From: Verrucomicrobiota bacterium
GTDB taxonomy: Bacteria > Verrucomicrobiota > Verrucomicrobiia > Limisphaerales > UBA9464
Assembly (NCBI GenBank): GCA_039796255.1
Contig: JBDKKE010000073.1
Location: forward strand, 1 to 37,488
Direction of reading: 5' to 3'
DNA length: 37,488 nucleotides
Within the stretch, counting starts at the first letter, position 1. The number at the start of each line of letters is the position of its first letter. Made by a program: the position numbers and the translations under genes. Shown in pieces: positions 19,149 through 28,617 of this stretch. The notes beneath the pieces are model-generated. The model was not told the DNA's origin and did not search any database. It saw only the letters and a list, made by a program, of their open reading frames with translations.

Positions 19149-19526
19149 ATGTCCGCCCCGTGGAGTCATCTGCTCGCCCTTGCCCAGGAAGAGGTCCACC
19201 GCACCTGCCAACGCCTGCCGGCCGACCTGCGTCCTCACGTCGACGCGGTTCCAGTCAGCTACGAGTCCGCACCCGGCGAGGCGCTTCTTGCCGAAGGCTG
19301 GGAGCCGGACCTTCTGGGGATGTTTGTCGGGGACTCCGTAGGCGTTGCCGACGCCGAGAGTTTTCCGATTCCCCGACAGATCCTGCTTTTTCTGGAGAAC
19401 CTCTGGGACTTTGCCGAAGGGGTCGAGCAAACCTACCGAGAGGAAGTCCGCATCACCTACATCCATGAGTTTGGCCACTATCTGGGCCTCGATGAAGCGG
19501 AACTGGAGGAGCGCGGACTGCTCTAA
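19149..19526 (+). CDS. Zincin-like metallopeptidase family protein (DUF1025-like)
   Basis: ATG at 19149. The C-terminal HExxH motif is in ITYIHEFGHYLGLDEAELEE. Confidence 0.65.
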   Translation: MSAPWSHLLALAQEEVHRTCQRLPADLRPHVDAVPVSYESAPGEALLAEGWEPDLLGMFVGDSVGVADAESFPIPRQILLFLENLWDFAEGVEQTYREEVRITYIHEFGHYLGLDEAELEERGLL

Positions 19527-19529
19527 GTC

Positions 19530-20267
19530 CTACAGCTTCGGACGCAGCCGCGCCACCTTGTCGGCGAGCTTCTCCCCCAAGTCTTCCTGGAAGAAGTAGG
19601 CGTCGCGGGAACCACCGGCGTCCCAACTGTGAATGAACAGCATCTGGTTGAACTTCACCCATCGGGCCGCTCCATCCATCGTGAGGTGATTGCCACCGGC
19701 CGGAAACTTGCCGTTCTTGTGTCCCGGCATGCCCTTGAAGGCGGTATCCCGTCCACTGCCCCACTTTCCATCGATCTTCATCACCGCATCCGCTGCCAGC
19801 ACCCAACCCGGCTGGGCGGAGGCAGTCTTCACCGGACTACGCGAGGGAAACGTTCCGGCGGGATTGATCCAGGTCTCAATGCCGCCGTAGTACTGGTATC
19901 CGATGATCCACTGATTAAATTCCGGCTCAAAGGTGGGGAAATCGGGACGACTGGGACAGGTCCAGATCGAGGAGGCGGGCGAGTTGGTGCGAATGGCCAG
20001 GCCCACCGAAGCCGCCGCCTCACGCTCGGGGGGATCCAGGGCGATTTGGACCGATTTTCCGCGCGCCTGCAGCAGGATCCCTCGCTGATCGTCGGCATAG
20101 ATCGTCATGGCGATGCCCAACTGCCGCAGATTGCTGAGACACCGCGCCCGCTTCGCCTGTTCTTTCCCGCGCGCCAGCGCCGGCAGAAGCATCCCGGCCA
20201 GAATGGCGATGATGGCGATCACCACCAGAAGCTCGATCAGGGTAAAACCGGAACGCCTCTTCGTCAT
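19530..20267 (-). CDS. Prepilin-type N-terminal cleavage/methylation domain protein (DUF1559-like)
   Basis: The internal ATG at 20267 gives [51 protein letters not shown]. The C-terminal part contains [14 protein letters not shown] (H-x9-DG-like). Confidence 0.8.
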   Translation of the reverse strand: MTKRRSGFTLIELLVVIAIIAILAGMLLPALARGKEQAKRARCLSNLRQLGIAMTIYADDQRGILLQARGKSVQIALDPPEREAAASVGLAIRTNSPASSIWTCPSRPDFPTFEPEFNQWIIGYQYYGGIETWINPAGTFPSRSPVKTASAQPGWVLAADAVMKIDGKWGSGRDTAFKGMPGHKNGKFPAGGNHLTMDGAARWVKFNQMLFIHSWDAGGSRDAYFFQEDLGEKLADKVARLRPKL

Positions 20268-20430
20268 CACTTCCCTGTTGTGCCGAGAGACGCCGCCATC
20301 CGCAAACAAAAGCCTTGTGAACTCCCGGTATCGGACGCCCCTGGATCGACGGTGAGAAATGACCGCGGGGGCCAACGCGACCCTTGGATTCCCGCCGGCG
20401 AAATTGATCCCCCGGTCACCTCCCGGTAGA

Positions 20431-21396
20431 ATGCGTTCATTGAATCCTCCTTCCCGTCCGCCCGCACTGCCCGCCTTGCTGGCCTTCGTCTCCGCTGGCG
20501 TGCTCCTGCTCGCGGGGTGCCGTCCTGCGGACGACTCCGCCACCCGCCCGAGCGGCACCGTGGAAGTGGACGAGATTCACCTGGGATCGCGCTACGGCGG
20601 CCGGGTGGAGCGGGTCCGGGTGCGGGACGGCGAGACGGTGACGCCGGGACAAATCCTGATCGAACTGGCCGCCGATGAGCTGACCGCCCGGAGTGGACAG
20701 GCCGAAGCCCTGCTGGCCGAACTGGAGGCCGGTCCGCGCGTGGAAGAGATCGCCAGCGCCCGGGCCGAGTGGGAGGCTCGAAGCGCGGAACTGGAGCTCT
20801 CCCGCAAGGACCGGGAACGCGCGCTCGAACTGTTCGCCGACCGCACCATCGCCGCCAGCGAGCGCGATCACGCGGTGAGCCGGGCGGAGACCGCCAACCG
20901 GAACGCGGCCGCCGCCAAGGCGCGTTTTGACATGCTGGTGGCGGGAACCCGTCCCGAGCGGATTACCCAGATCCGCGCCCAGGTCGCCGAAATCCAATCC
21001 CAAATTCGGGAACTCACCCTCACCTCACCGACCAACGCCGTGGTCGAGGTGGTCAACGTCAAGCCCGGCGACCTGCTCGCGCCCAACCGCGCCGCCGCCA
21101 CGCTCCTGCTGACCCGCCAACTGTGGGTGCGCGTTTATGTGCCGCAGACGTGGCTCGGAAGAATCCAAAGTGGCGAGGCCGTGGGCATCCGTGCCGACGC
21201 CTTTCCCGGACGCGAGTTCCGCGGTGTCGTCGAGCAGATTGCCCGGAGCGCGGAGTTCACCCCGCGCAACGTTCAGACCCCCGCCGACCGGGCCCAGCAG
21301 GTCTTTGGCGTCAAGATCCGCCTGGAGAATCCCACCGAGGATCTGCGTGCCGGAATGGCCGTGGAAGCTGACTTCGGGCGGGGCGGTAGCCGATAG
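20431..21396 (+). CDS. HlyD-family secretion/efflux adaptor lipoprotein
   Basis: The ATG at 20431 gives [30 protein letters not shown] (lipobox). Also seen are the lipoyl-like [16 protein letters not shown], a coiled coil, and a beta-barrel ending in [23 protein letters not shown]. Confidence 0.8.
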   Translation: MRSLNPPSRPPALPALLAFVSAGVLLLAGCRPADDSATRPSGTVEVDEIHLGSRYGGRVERVRVRDGETVTPGQILIELAADELTARSGQAEALLAELEAGPRVEEIASARAEWEARSAELELSRKDRERALELFADRTIAASERDHAVSRAETANRNAAAAKARFDMLVAGTRPERITQIRAQVAEIQSQIRELTLTSPTNAVVEVVNVKPGDLLAPNRAAATLLLTRQLWVRVYVPQTWLGRIQSGEAVGIRADAFPGREFRGVVEQIARSAEFTPRNVQTPADRAQQVFGVKIRLENPTEDLRAGMAVEADFGRGGSR

Positions 21397-21413
21397 CCAA
21401 TAGCCAATAGCCG
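21386..21413 (-). repeat. Graded heptad array E (short, inverted; plus strand reads GTAGCCG ATAGCCA ATAGCCA ATAGCCG)
   Basis: Read directly. The HlyD stop TAG (21394-21396) lies inside the second unit. The array sits between the convergent HlyD and CotH genes. Confidence 0.85.
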
Positions 21414-21444
21414 AGGGACTGCGAACCACGAACCCGTACGCGCC

Positions 21445-24400
21445 TCATTCCACGATCACCCGGAAGAGCCCGCCGGTATCGGCATCACCCAGGACCAGTG
21501 GGATGCCCACCGTTCGGGTCGTGGGAGCGGAGGGAACGGCTTGGAAAGTCTGCCATCCGCCACCCCCGACTCCCTGGCGCTCCACAGCATAGCCGTGTTC
21601 CGGCGTGGCCAGAAAGCTGAGGTTCGCCGGCACTCCGCCTCCGGGTGATGGGGTCACTGTCAGGTGCAGACGGCTGGCGGCATTCTGCGGGTCGAATCCA
21701 TAGCGGTACTCATCCCCGTTGATCCACAGGTCACCGTCCGCGTCCGCTGCAGCATCGGGAAGGAAAGGATTCAAGCGCTGGGCCTGCTCCCAGACATCGG
21801 GCATGCCATCCCCGTCACTGTCGGTGAGGTTGGAGGCCGCAGGACTCGTCCGCGCCAGAGGATAGACCCCCACCGCGCCGTCCGGCACCCGGCCCTGCGA
21901 GATGCCCCGCTGCTGCCGGGGATAGAACACGCGGTCCACCAGGCGCCCGTCCGGACGCCGCAGGGAAATCGATCCGCCGCCGCCGGAGAGACGGAAGCGA
22001 AGGTGATCTTCAGACGGCACTGCGACCCCGTCCGCCACCCAACGCAGAAATCCTCCCGGAGCGATGAAGGATAGCGGCGGCAGCGGACTGTCATCCACGC
22101 CGTCCGAAGCGAGAAGTCCGCCCAGATCCACGGGACGGCTTCCCGGATGGAACAACTCGAACCAGTCCGAGGTGTCCGCACCCGAGGCCAGCCATTCGTT
22201 GATGCGGACCGGTGCGGCCTCATCGAGTTCCACCGCGGTGTTGGCGACGGCTGGAGAGGGTGCGACGAGGGTCCAGGGAGAGTCCGCCGAGATTCGCCCC
22301 ACCGCCAGGTCAGGGAGCTGCGGTCCGAATGTCAGCAGATCCACCAGGCGCAGTCCCGAGGGTCCCGGGGCAAACAGGCCCACCGTTTCGCCCTCCTGCC
22401 GAAGACCAAATCCGGTGTGCAGTCCGGGGGAGTTCCTGCGGCTGTCGCACCAGAGAATGAGATAACCGTTGGCCGGAATCTGCGTGCCGTCCGGAATCAC
22501 ATAGCGGGACGGATTCTCCAGCGAATCGCTGACCGCCCACCCTCCGAGTTCCACCGGGGCCGCGGTTCGATTGACCAGTTCGAGGTAGTCGGGACGGTCA
22601 TTGCCATTGCGAACGCTTCCGGTGTTCACCGCCAGGGCCTCATTGAGCAGGACGGCAGATCCGGCCTCCGGTCCGAACACCATCCGCGTCTCCGCCGACC
22701 ACGGCGAGGGGTGCCCCTCGGCGTCGAGGTGCTGCACCCGCCAACCATAGGAGCGTCCCAGCACCAGTGGGCCCACCGTCAGGGTGTACGCGGACAGCGC
22801 GATGCTATTGGTCACCGTGAGCACGGGCTCCAGCCAGCTCCGGGCCGGATCACGGAACTGCCACACCGATGCGGCGTGGGGGACAATTGGGTTGGTGTTG
22901 TAGCGATAGGCGGTGGAGACCACGGAACTGCCGGGCCCGATCTGCGCCCCGGCTTCGGGGAAGCTGTTGGTCGGACGGAGTGGACGGGTAAAAAAGCCCA
23001 TCTGGAGCTGCGTGTTGACGCTGCGCTGACGGTTGACGGCCCAGGAGCGGGTGGAGTTGGGCAGGCCCAACGGCGGGAGATTGTCGGGATCGAGCAGCGT
23101 GTTGTTGAGCCACCAGGCGTTGGTGCGAAACTCATTTCGGAAGGCGGTCACCAGGCTTTGCTTGAAGTAATTCGGCCCGGCGAAGGGATTCCCATTGAAG
23201 ATGTTTCCGGTGGCCGGCTGGGTTTCAAACTGATCATCAAAATCCCACGGCAGCATCGCCCACTTCCCGTTGGCCTGCTGCCAGAGGAAATAGTTGTGCA
23301 TGGTGTCGTCCCAGACGCCCTGCCAGTTGAACAGGGCGACGTGGGTGAGGGCCTTGTCCAAATCCCAGTTCGCGTCGAAGTAGGTGCGCAGCTTGGTGAT
23401 CGCTGTGCCCGTCGGAACTCCGGTGCCGTTGTTCCGCGCCGTCCACAGGTTGGTGAGCATTTCCCCAAAGGCGCGGTGTCCCTTCCACCCGTGCATCTGG
23501 AGGGTGTAGGTCCACTCATAGCGCTGCAGCGGGGTCCAGGCCGTCGTGACGCCGGCGACCCGCGCCCGGAGTCGGACGCCGTTTCCGAAACCATAGGGCC
23601 CGAGCGCCTCGTCAAAAATCCCCTGCGACTTGTAGAACTCACCGGCGGGTTCCGCGACGACGCCCGGCCCCCGGGCCGCCGCCGCCTCCTCCAGATATCG
23701 TTCGAGTAGAAATCCGTCGTACTCCTCCTGGGCCAGCCGGGTGAGTCGCGCATCGCTGTTGAGGTAAAGATCGCTCCGCCACGTGCGCGACGTTGGCAGG
23801 CCGGCGGCCCGGAACAGGGTATGGCCGGAGGTGGTTTTCTGGTCCTTATCGGTCAGGAAGACGCTTTCGCGCCCCTCAAAGCGGGCGTAGTCGGGAAACT
23901 GGACCTTGTAGGATTTCCGGGTCACGTCGCGGCGGAACTGGCTGCCATGATGCCGCATCTGGACGTCGTAAACGCGCCCCTCGTGAATGAACAGGGCCGG
24001 CTGGGTGGCGTTCCACGAGGCGCGGGGACGTCCCGGGGGATCCGGACGCGTCACCCGGCGCGGTTCGCTGGCGATGTTGGTCCGCAGAATGGTGAGGCTC
24101 GCCCGGGAAATGAACATGTCATACACGGGAAGGGTGGTGGATCGAACAGGGGTGACGAACCAGCCGTGCCAGGCGAAGGGATCGTCAGCCCGGGGCGAGA
24201 CCACCTCGTCCCCGGCGCCCCGGTTGGCGCGGATGCGGTAGCGGATGACGGACCGGTCGGTCTGCCCCGGCACCTCGGCCTGGAACCGGGCGTCCAGTCC
24301 GCTCCCCACCGGCCACATGGGCTGCACGGTCACCGACTTTTGCGGCACATTCAGATCCTCACGAAACCATTCGAGGCGCACATCGCTGACGCCCTCACCT

Positions 24401-25143
24401 TCCGTAAACACGCACTCCACCCGCACCGCCCGCCCGGCGCGAATCATCGCGGAACCATCCTCCGCGTGACGCACATCGTGGGCCAGGACCACGGGTCGCG
24501 GGACGTCCAGGATCACCGCGTTGGCCTTGCCTGGGGAGGGGCCGGAAGCCAGCGGGGCGGCCAGCCAGTTGGAGGGATCGCTCGACGGATGGGTCGCGCT
24601 GACCCGTTCCAGGGAGCGTCCGCGGTACTGATAATCCAGGCTGCGAAGCCCGGTCCAGTCATCGCCCGCGCCCAGGGCGTCCGCCGAAATCGGCCAGGGC
24701 GATTCTCCGCGGTACTCCACGGCATCCACCTCCACTCCCGCGGCATTCTCCAGACGGACCCGTTCCCGCCGGTTGCTGAGATGCCCGGTCCAGGGTCCCA
24801 GCACCGAGCCCGCCGGAAGGGCATACACCGCGATCATCCGGTCCGGATTTCCGGCAACGACCTGGAATCCACCGGCGGGAATCTGGCTGCCCGGAGGGAA
24901 GGTGTAGTTGACGCCTCCGGAGAGGATCCAGCCGTCCAAAGACACCGCAATGGCTCCGCTATTGTGCAGTTCAATGAACTCGTGAACGTCCTCCGTCAGG
25001 TCCAGCACCGGAGTTCCATCGGCGTTGAAGGCCTCCTTCTCGACGGGATGATAATGAATCTCGTTGAGGACCACCGCGCCGCGCAGGCAGGTCGAGGCGA
25101 CGAACAGCGAAACCAACGCCAATCGAAGAACGAAGGGGGACAT
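21445..25143 (-). CDS. Large secreted LTD (lamin-tail) + CotH domain protein (about 1232 aa)
   Basis: The ATG at 25143 gives MSPFVLRLALVSLFVASTCLRG (signal). Three LTD-like modules are present: VLNEIHYHPV..EFIELHN, LLNEALAVN..DYLELVN and RINEWLASG..WFELFH. The CotH core contains RKSYKVQFPDYARFEGRESVFL. Thrombospondin-type-3-like DSDGDGMPDVWE and DADGDLWINGDE are also seen. The ORF-track N-terminal extension (to 25275) is a translated repeat element. Confidence 0.75.
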   Translation of the reverse strand: MSPFVLRLALVSLFVASTCLRGAVVLNEIHYHPVEKEAFNADGTPVLDLTEDVHEFIELHNSGAIAVSLDGWILSGGVNYTFPPGSQIPAGGFQVVAGNPDRMIAVYALPAGSVLGPWTGHLSNRRERVRLENAAGVEVDAVEYRGESPWPISADALGAGDDWTGLRSLDYQYRGRSLERVSATHPSSDPSNWLAAPLASGPSPGKANAVILDVPRPVVLAHDVRHAEDGSAMIRAGRAVRVECVFTEGEGVSDVRLEWFREDLNVPQKSVTVQPMWPVGSGLDARFQAEVPGQTDRSVIRYRIRANRGAGDEVVSPRADDPFAWHGWFVTPVRSTTLPVYDMFISRASLTILRTNIASEPRRVTRPDPPGRPRASWNATQPALFIHEGRVYDVQMRHHGSQFRRDVTRKSYKVQFPDYARFEGRESVFLTDKDQKTTSGHTLFRAAGLPTSRTWRSDLYLNSDARLTRLAQEEYDGFLLERYLEEAAAARGPGVVAEPAGEFYKSQGIFDEALGPYGFGNGVRLRARVAGVTTAWTPLQRYEWTYTLQMHGWKGHRAFGEMLTNLWTARNNGTGVPTGTAITKLRTYFDANWDLDKALTHVALFNWQGVWDDTMHNYFLWQQANGKWAMLPWDFDDQFETQPATGNIFNGNPFAGPNYFKQSLVTAFRNEFRTNAWWLNNTLLDPDNLPPLGLPNSTRSWAVNRQRSVNTQLQMGFFTRPLRPTNSFPEAGAQIGPGSSVVSTAYRYNTNPIVPHAASVWQFRDPARSWLEPVLTVTNSIALSAYTLTVGPLVLGRSYGWRVQHLDAEGHPSPWSAETRMVFGPEAGSAVLLNEALAVNTGSVRNGNDRPDYLELVNRTAAPVELGGWAVSDSLENPSRYVIPDGTQIPANGYLILWCDSRRNSPGLHTGFGLRQEGETVGLFAPGPSGLRLVDLLTFGPQLPDLAVGRISADSPWTLVAPSPAVANTAVELDEAAPVRINEWLASGADTSDWFELFHPGSRPVDLGGLLASDGVDDSPLPPLSFIAPGGFLRWVADGVAVPSEDHLRFRLSGGGGSISLRRPDGRLVDRVFYPRQQRGISQGRVPDGAVGVYPLARTSPAASNLTDSDGDGMPDVWEQAQRLNPFLPDAAADADGDLWINGDEYRYGFDPQNAASRLHLTVTPSPGGGVPANLSFLATPEHGYAVERQGVGGGGWQTFQAVPSAPTTRTVGIPLVLGDADTGGLFRVIVE

Positions 25144-25217
25144 TTCAGTGGGAAGAGTCCAAAGGTAACGATCCGGTAACAGCCGCACCAGAAGAACCTG
25201 CGCCCGGGACTGCTGAA

Positions 25218-25428
25218 CCACGGAGGGGAAACGAAGGCGGGGGAGGGTTTGACCACGGATAGCACGGATAGACACGGATGGGAGGGGAGGCAGGGGAGGG
25301 GAGAGGTACAGGAGACATTCAGTGAAAGTGAGTTTGCTGAGTCCTTCCCCGGTTTCTTGTTTCCATCGAATTATCCGTGGTCATCCGTGCTATCCGTGGT
25401 CAAACCCTCCAATCCCCAAACACCGTGG
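25218..25428. repeat. Palindromic CACGGAT-iteron element (single copy; core 25245-25407)
   Basis: The left arm is GGGTTTGACCACGGATAGCACGGATAGACACGGAT (25245-25279). The right arm is ATCCGTGGTCATCCGTGCTATCCGTGGTCAAACCC (25373-25407). The outer flanks CCACGGAGGGGAAACGAAGG and CCAATCCCCAAACACCGTGG match the tandem units at 36113+. Confidence 0.9.
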
Positions 25429-25493
25429 TTCCCGGACTCGGGGCTTGTCGCGGACGGTGCGTCCTTCCTAGGCTGGCGTGTCCTGCGACTTTC

Positions 25494-26792
25494 ATGAATA
25501 CCACCCCCCGCCTGAAGTTGTTCCTGATGATGGTGCTCGAGTTTTTCATCTGGGGCGCCTGGCTCCCGCTCATTTTCGGCTACCTGCCGAGCCTCGGATT
25601 CACCACCACGCAGCAGTCGCTCATCCTCAACGCCTTCCCGGTGGCGTCGATCATCGGCATGTTCTTCAGCAACGAATTCGCCGACCGGAAGTTCGCCGCC
25701 GAGAAATTTCTCGCCTTCTCCCATCTGGTGGGCGGCATTGCGATGATCGGACTCGGATTCGTCCGTGATTTCTCCCCGTTTTTCCTGCTGATGCTGGTGC
25801 ACTGCCTCCTGTACGTGCCAACGATTTCCATCACCAACTCTATCGCCTTCGCCAACATGAAGGATCCGCAGAGGGAGTTCGGCCTGGTCCGCATGGGCGG
25901 CACCATCGGATGGATCCTCGCCGCCTGGCCGTTCACCTTCATCCTGGTAGACTGGGCCAAGGTCAGCGCGTCGAATCCGCAGGGAATCGGCGGCTGGATT
26001 GGGGCAGCGCTCGCCAATGGACTGAGCGGCCCGGCGCTGCAGAGCGCCACCAAGTGGACATTCATTGTCGCCGGCATCGCCTCGCTGCTGCTGGCGGCCT
26101 TCAGCCTGACCCTTCCGCACACGCCCCCCAAAAAGGGCTCCGGCGACAACAAGCTGGCCTGGCTGGAATCGGTCCGCTTCCTCAAGCACCCGTTCATCCT
26201 GGTGCTGTGGGTGGTGACCTTCATCGACTCCTTCGTCCACAATTGCTACTTCAACTGGACGGGCACTTTCCTCGGAAGTCCGGCCGTCGGCGTTCCCGGC
26301 AACTGGATCATGCCGGTCATGAGCATCGGACAGGTGGCGGAGATCCTCACCATGTTCGTGCTGGGAGCGACCCTCAAGGCACTCGGATGGCGCACCACCC
26401 TCATCGTGGGCATCCTCGGCCATGCCGCCCGTTTCGCCGTTTACGCCCTTTTCCCGCAGCACAAGGAGCTCATCATCCTGGTGCAGATCCTGCACGGCAT
26501 CTGCTACGCGTTCTTCTTCGCGACGGTGTACATTTTCGTCGATGCCTATTTCCCCAAGGACGCGCGGTCCAGTGCCCAGGGATTGTTCAACGTGATGATC
26601 CTGGGGGTCGGCGCGCTGGTGGCCAATTCGATCTGCCCGTGGCTGATTCAGGAAGTGTTCACCCAGAACGGCGTGACCAATTTCCGCGGACTGTTCCTCG
26701 TCCCCTGCCTGATCTCCGTCGGGGCGGTTCTCCTGCTGGGCCTGCTGTTCCATCCGCCCAAGACCCCGACACCGGACGCCGTGGGTCACTGA
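25494..26792 (+). CDS. MFS transporter, nucleoside:H+ symporter-like
   Basis: The ATG at 25494 gives MNTTPRLKLFLMMVLEFFIWGAWLPLIFGYL, an FFxWGxW start typical of the NupG/XapB-like family. About 12 hydrophobic segments are present. The upstream part of the ORF is the translated repeat element. Confidence 0.7.
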   Translation: MNTTPRLKLFLMMVLEFFIWGAWLPLIFGYLPSLGFTTTQQSLILNAFPVASIIGMFFSNEFADRKFAAEKFLAFSHLVGGIAMIGLGFVRDFSPFFLLMLVHCLLYVPTISITNSIAFANMKDPQREFGLVRMGGTIGWILAAWPFTFILVDWAKVSASNPQGIGGWIGAALANGLSGPALQSATKWTFIVAGIASLLLAAFSLTLPHTPPKKGSGDNKLAWLESVRFLKHPFILVLWVVTFIDSFVHNCYFNWTGTFLGSPAVGVPGNWIMPVMSIGQVAEILTMFVLGATLKALGWRTTLIVGILGHAARFAVYALFPQHKELIILVQILHGICYAFFFATVYIFVDAYFPKDARSSAQGLFNVMILGVGALVANSICPWLIQEVFTQNGVTNFRGLFLVPCLISVGAVLLLGLLFHPPKTPTPDAVGH

Positions 26793-26829
26793 ACCGGGTC
26801 CGGCTTAGCCGCCTCCTCGCGGTCGTCCC

Positions 26830-28335
26830 GTGTCCTTCCTCACCTTCCAGGGCATCAGCAAGCGCTTTGCCGGCGTTCACGCCCTGGAGCAGGTCAGCTT
26901 CTCCGTGGAACGCGGGGTCTGCCACGCGCTGATGGGGGAGAACGGCGCGGGCAAAAGCACGCTGGGCAAGATCCTGGCCGGGGTGCACACCGCCGACGCC
27001 GGGGAAATCCGCGTGGGCGATGCCGTGGTGGCGCCCTCCGATCCGCACCAGGCCCGCCAGCTCGGTTTGGCCATGGTGCACCAGGAACTGGCGTTCTGTC
27101 CGAACCTGACCATTGCCGAAAACCTGTGCCTGGGAGCCCTCCCTTCCCGCTCGGGCCTGCTGGCCCGTGCCGTGATGAGAAGCCGCGCTGCGGAAATGCT
27201 GGCGGAGATCGGAGCCGACTTTGACGTGGACCGTCCGCTGGGGGAACTCACCACCGGACAGGAGCAAATGGTGCAGATTGCCGCCGCCGTGGGCACCGGA
27301 GCGCGGGTGATCGTCTTTGATGAACCCACCAGCTCGCTTTCGGTCGCCGAAAGCGAACAACTCTTCCGACTGCTGGATCATCTCAAGCAGCGCGGCATCA
27401 CGGTGCTGTATGTCTCGCACCGGATGGAGGAGGTCTTTCGCCTGTGCGATACGGTGACCGTGCTGCGCGACGGACGCCACGTCGTCACCCAGCGGGTGGG
27501 CGACACCACCCCGGAGCGGCTGGTGCATCAGATGATCGGACGCGACGTCACCGCGCACGAACCCGTCCACGCCGCGCGCCCGCTGGGTGCCGAGAAACTG
27601 CGCGTGGAGAACCTGTCCTCACCCCGAAAATTCTCCGAAGTGGGCTTCACCCTCCGTGCCGGCGAGATTCTGGGACTCGCCGGTCTGGTGGGGGCGGGAC
27701 GCAGCGAGGTGGCCCATGCGGTCTTCGGACTCGATGCCGCCGCCACCGGAAGCCTGTGGGTTGACGGCCAGCCCTTCCCGTTGGGCGACGTGCAGGCCGC
27801 ACTTCGGGCCGGCATGGGTTTCCTTCCCGAGGATCGCAAACGCCTGGGCTTGATCCTCTCGCTGAACTGCCGGGAAAACTCCGCCCTTTCCGCCCTGGGA
27901 AAACTGGCCACGGCAGGATTCGTGAACCGCCGCGAAGAGCGCACCCTGGCCCAGCGCTTTGTGGATCGTTTGCGGGTCAAGACCCCCTCGCTGGAAACCC
28001 CGGTGAGCAGCCTCAGCGGGGGCAACCAACAGAAGATCGCCCTGGCCAAATGGCTGGCGCGGGAGTGTCCGATCCTGATTGTGGACGAACCCACCCGGGG
28101 CGTGGACGTCGGGGCCAAGGCCGAGATCCACAAACTCCTGGACGAACTTGCCTCCCAGGGCACGGCCATCCTGCTCATCTCCAGCGAACTCCCGGAAATC
28201 ATGGCGCTCAGCCGCCGGATCATGGTTTTGCGCGAAGGCCGGGTCACCGGTGAACTGAACCGTCCCGAGTTTTCCCAGGCCGCCATCCTCCGGCTGATGG
28301 CCGGGGTGACGGGCGCGGAGCGCCATAGGCGATAG
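26830..28335 (+). CDS. Sugar-type ABC transporter ATP-binding protein with two fused ABC domains (RbsA/MglA-like)
   Basis: Walker A motifs GENGAGKST and GLVGAGRSE. Signature motifs LTTGQEQMVQIA and LSGGNQQKIALA. Walker B motifs VIVFDEPT and ILIVDEPT. It has a GTG start and its TAG stop lies inside heptad array F. Confidence 0.85.
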   Translation: MSFLTFQGISKRFAGVHALEQVSFSVERGVCHALMGENGAGKSTLGKILAGVHTADAGEIRVGDAVVAPSDPHQARQLGLAMVHQELAFCPNLTIAENLCLGALPSRSGLLARAVMRSRAAEMLAEIGADFDVDRPLGELTTGQEQMVQIAAAVGTGARVIVFDEPTSSLSVAESEQLFRLLDHLKQRGITVLYVSHRMEEVFRLCDTVTVLRDGRHVVTQRVGDTTPERLVHQMIGRDVTAHEPVHAARPLGAEKLRVENLSSPRKFSEVGFTLRAGEILGLAGLVGAGRSEVAHAVFGLDAAATGSLWVDGQPFPLGDVQAALRAGMGFLPEDRKRLGLILSLNCRENSALSALGKLATAGFVNRREERTLAQRFVDRLRVKTPSLETPVSSLSGGNQQKIALAKWLARECPILIVDEPTRGVDVGAKAEIHKLLDELASQGTAILLISSELPEIMALSRRIMVLREGRVTGELNRPEFSQAAILRLMAGVTGAERHRR

Positions 28336-28422
28336 CCAATAGCCAATAGCCAATAGCCAATAGCCAATAGCCAATAGGCGATAGGCGATAGGCGATGGGC
28401 GATGGGCGATGGGCGATGACTG
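28325..28422 (-). repeat. Graded heptad array F (14 units, inverted; plus strand reads ATAGGCG, ATAGCCA x6, ATAGGCG x3, ATGGGCG x3, ATGACTG)
   Basis: Read directly. It is the reverse complement of the canonical order seen in array D. Confidence 0.95.
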
Positions 28423-28617
28423 GCGACGGAAGGCGAGTTCCTGGTATCCCGGGGGATTGACCGCCAATCCCTTGCCCGTGTCCAAAGGAGCAAAATCGCT
28501 GCGAATGCCGAGGTTCGATCACCCTCCAAGCACACGGATTTCACCGGTGATCCCGGCAAATCGAAGCCAGCTTAATTTTAACTGGTCAATGATCGGTCAA
28601 ACGAGAAAAGTTTCCTC

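Noticed and set aside
25144-25275. N-terminal extensions of the CotH-LTD gene (to 25275) and the MFS gene (25377-25493)
   Set aside because: Both extensions lie in the CACGGAT palindrome and mirror each other (MSIRAIRGQT and MVIRAIRGQT). Good signal-peptide and TM-start methionines occur downstream at 25143 and 25494.
28495-28530. tRNA-like GGTTCGAT box (GCCGAGGTTCGATCACCC)
   Set aside because: The flanking bases cannot form a T-stem (CCGAG versus CACCC), and no acceptor or anticodon arms could be drawn. This is not a tRNA.
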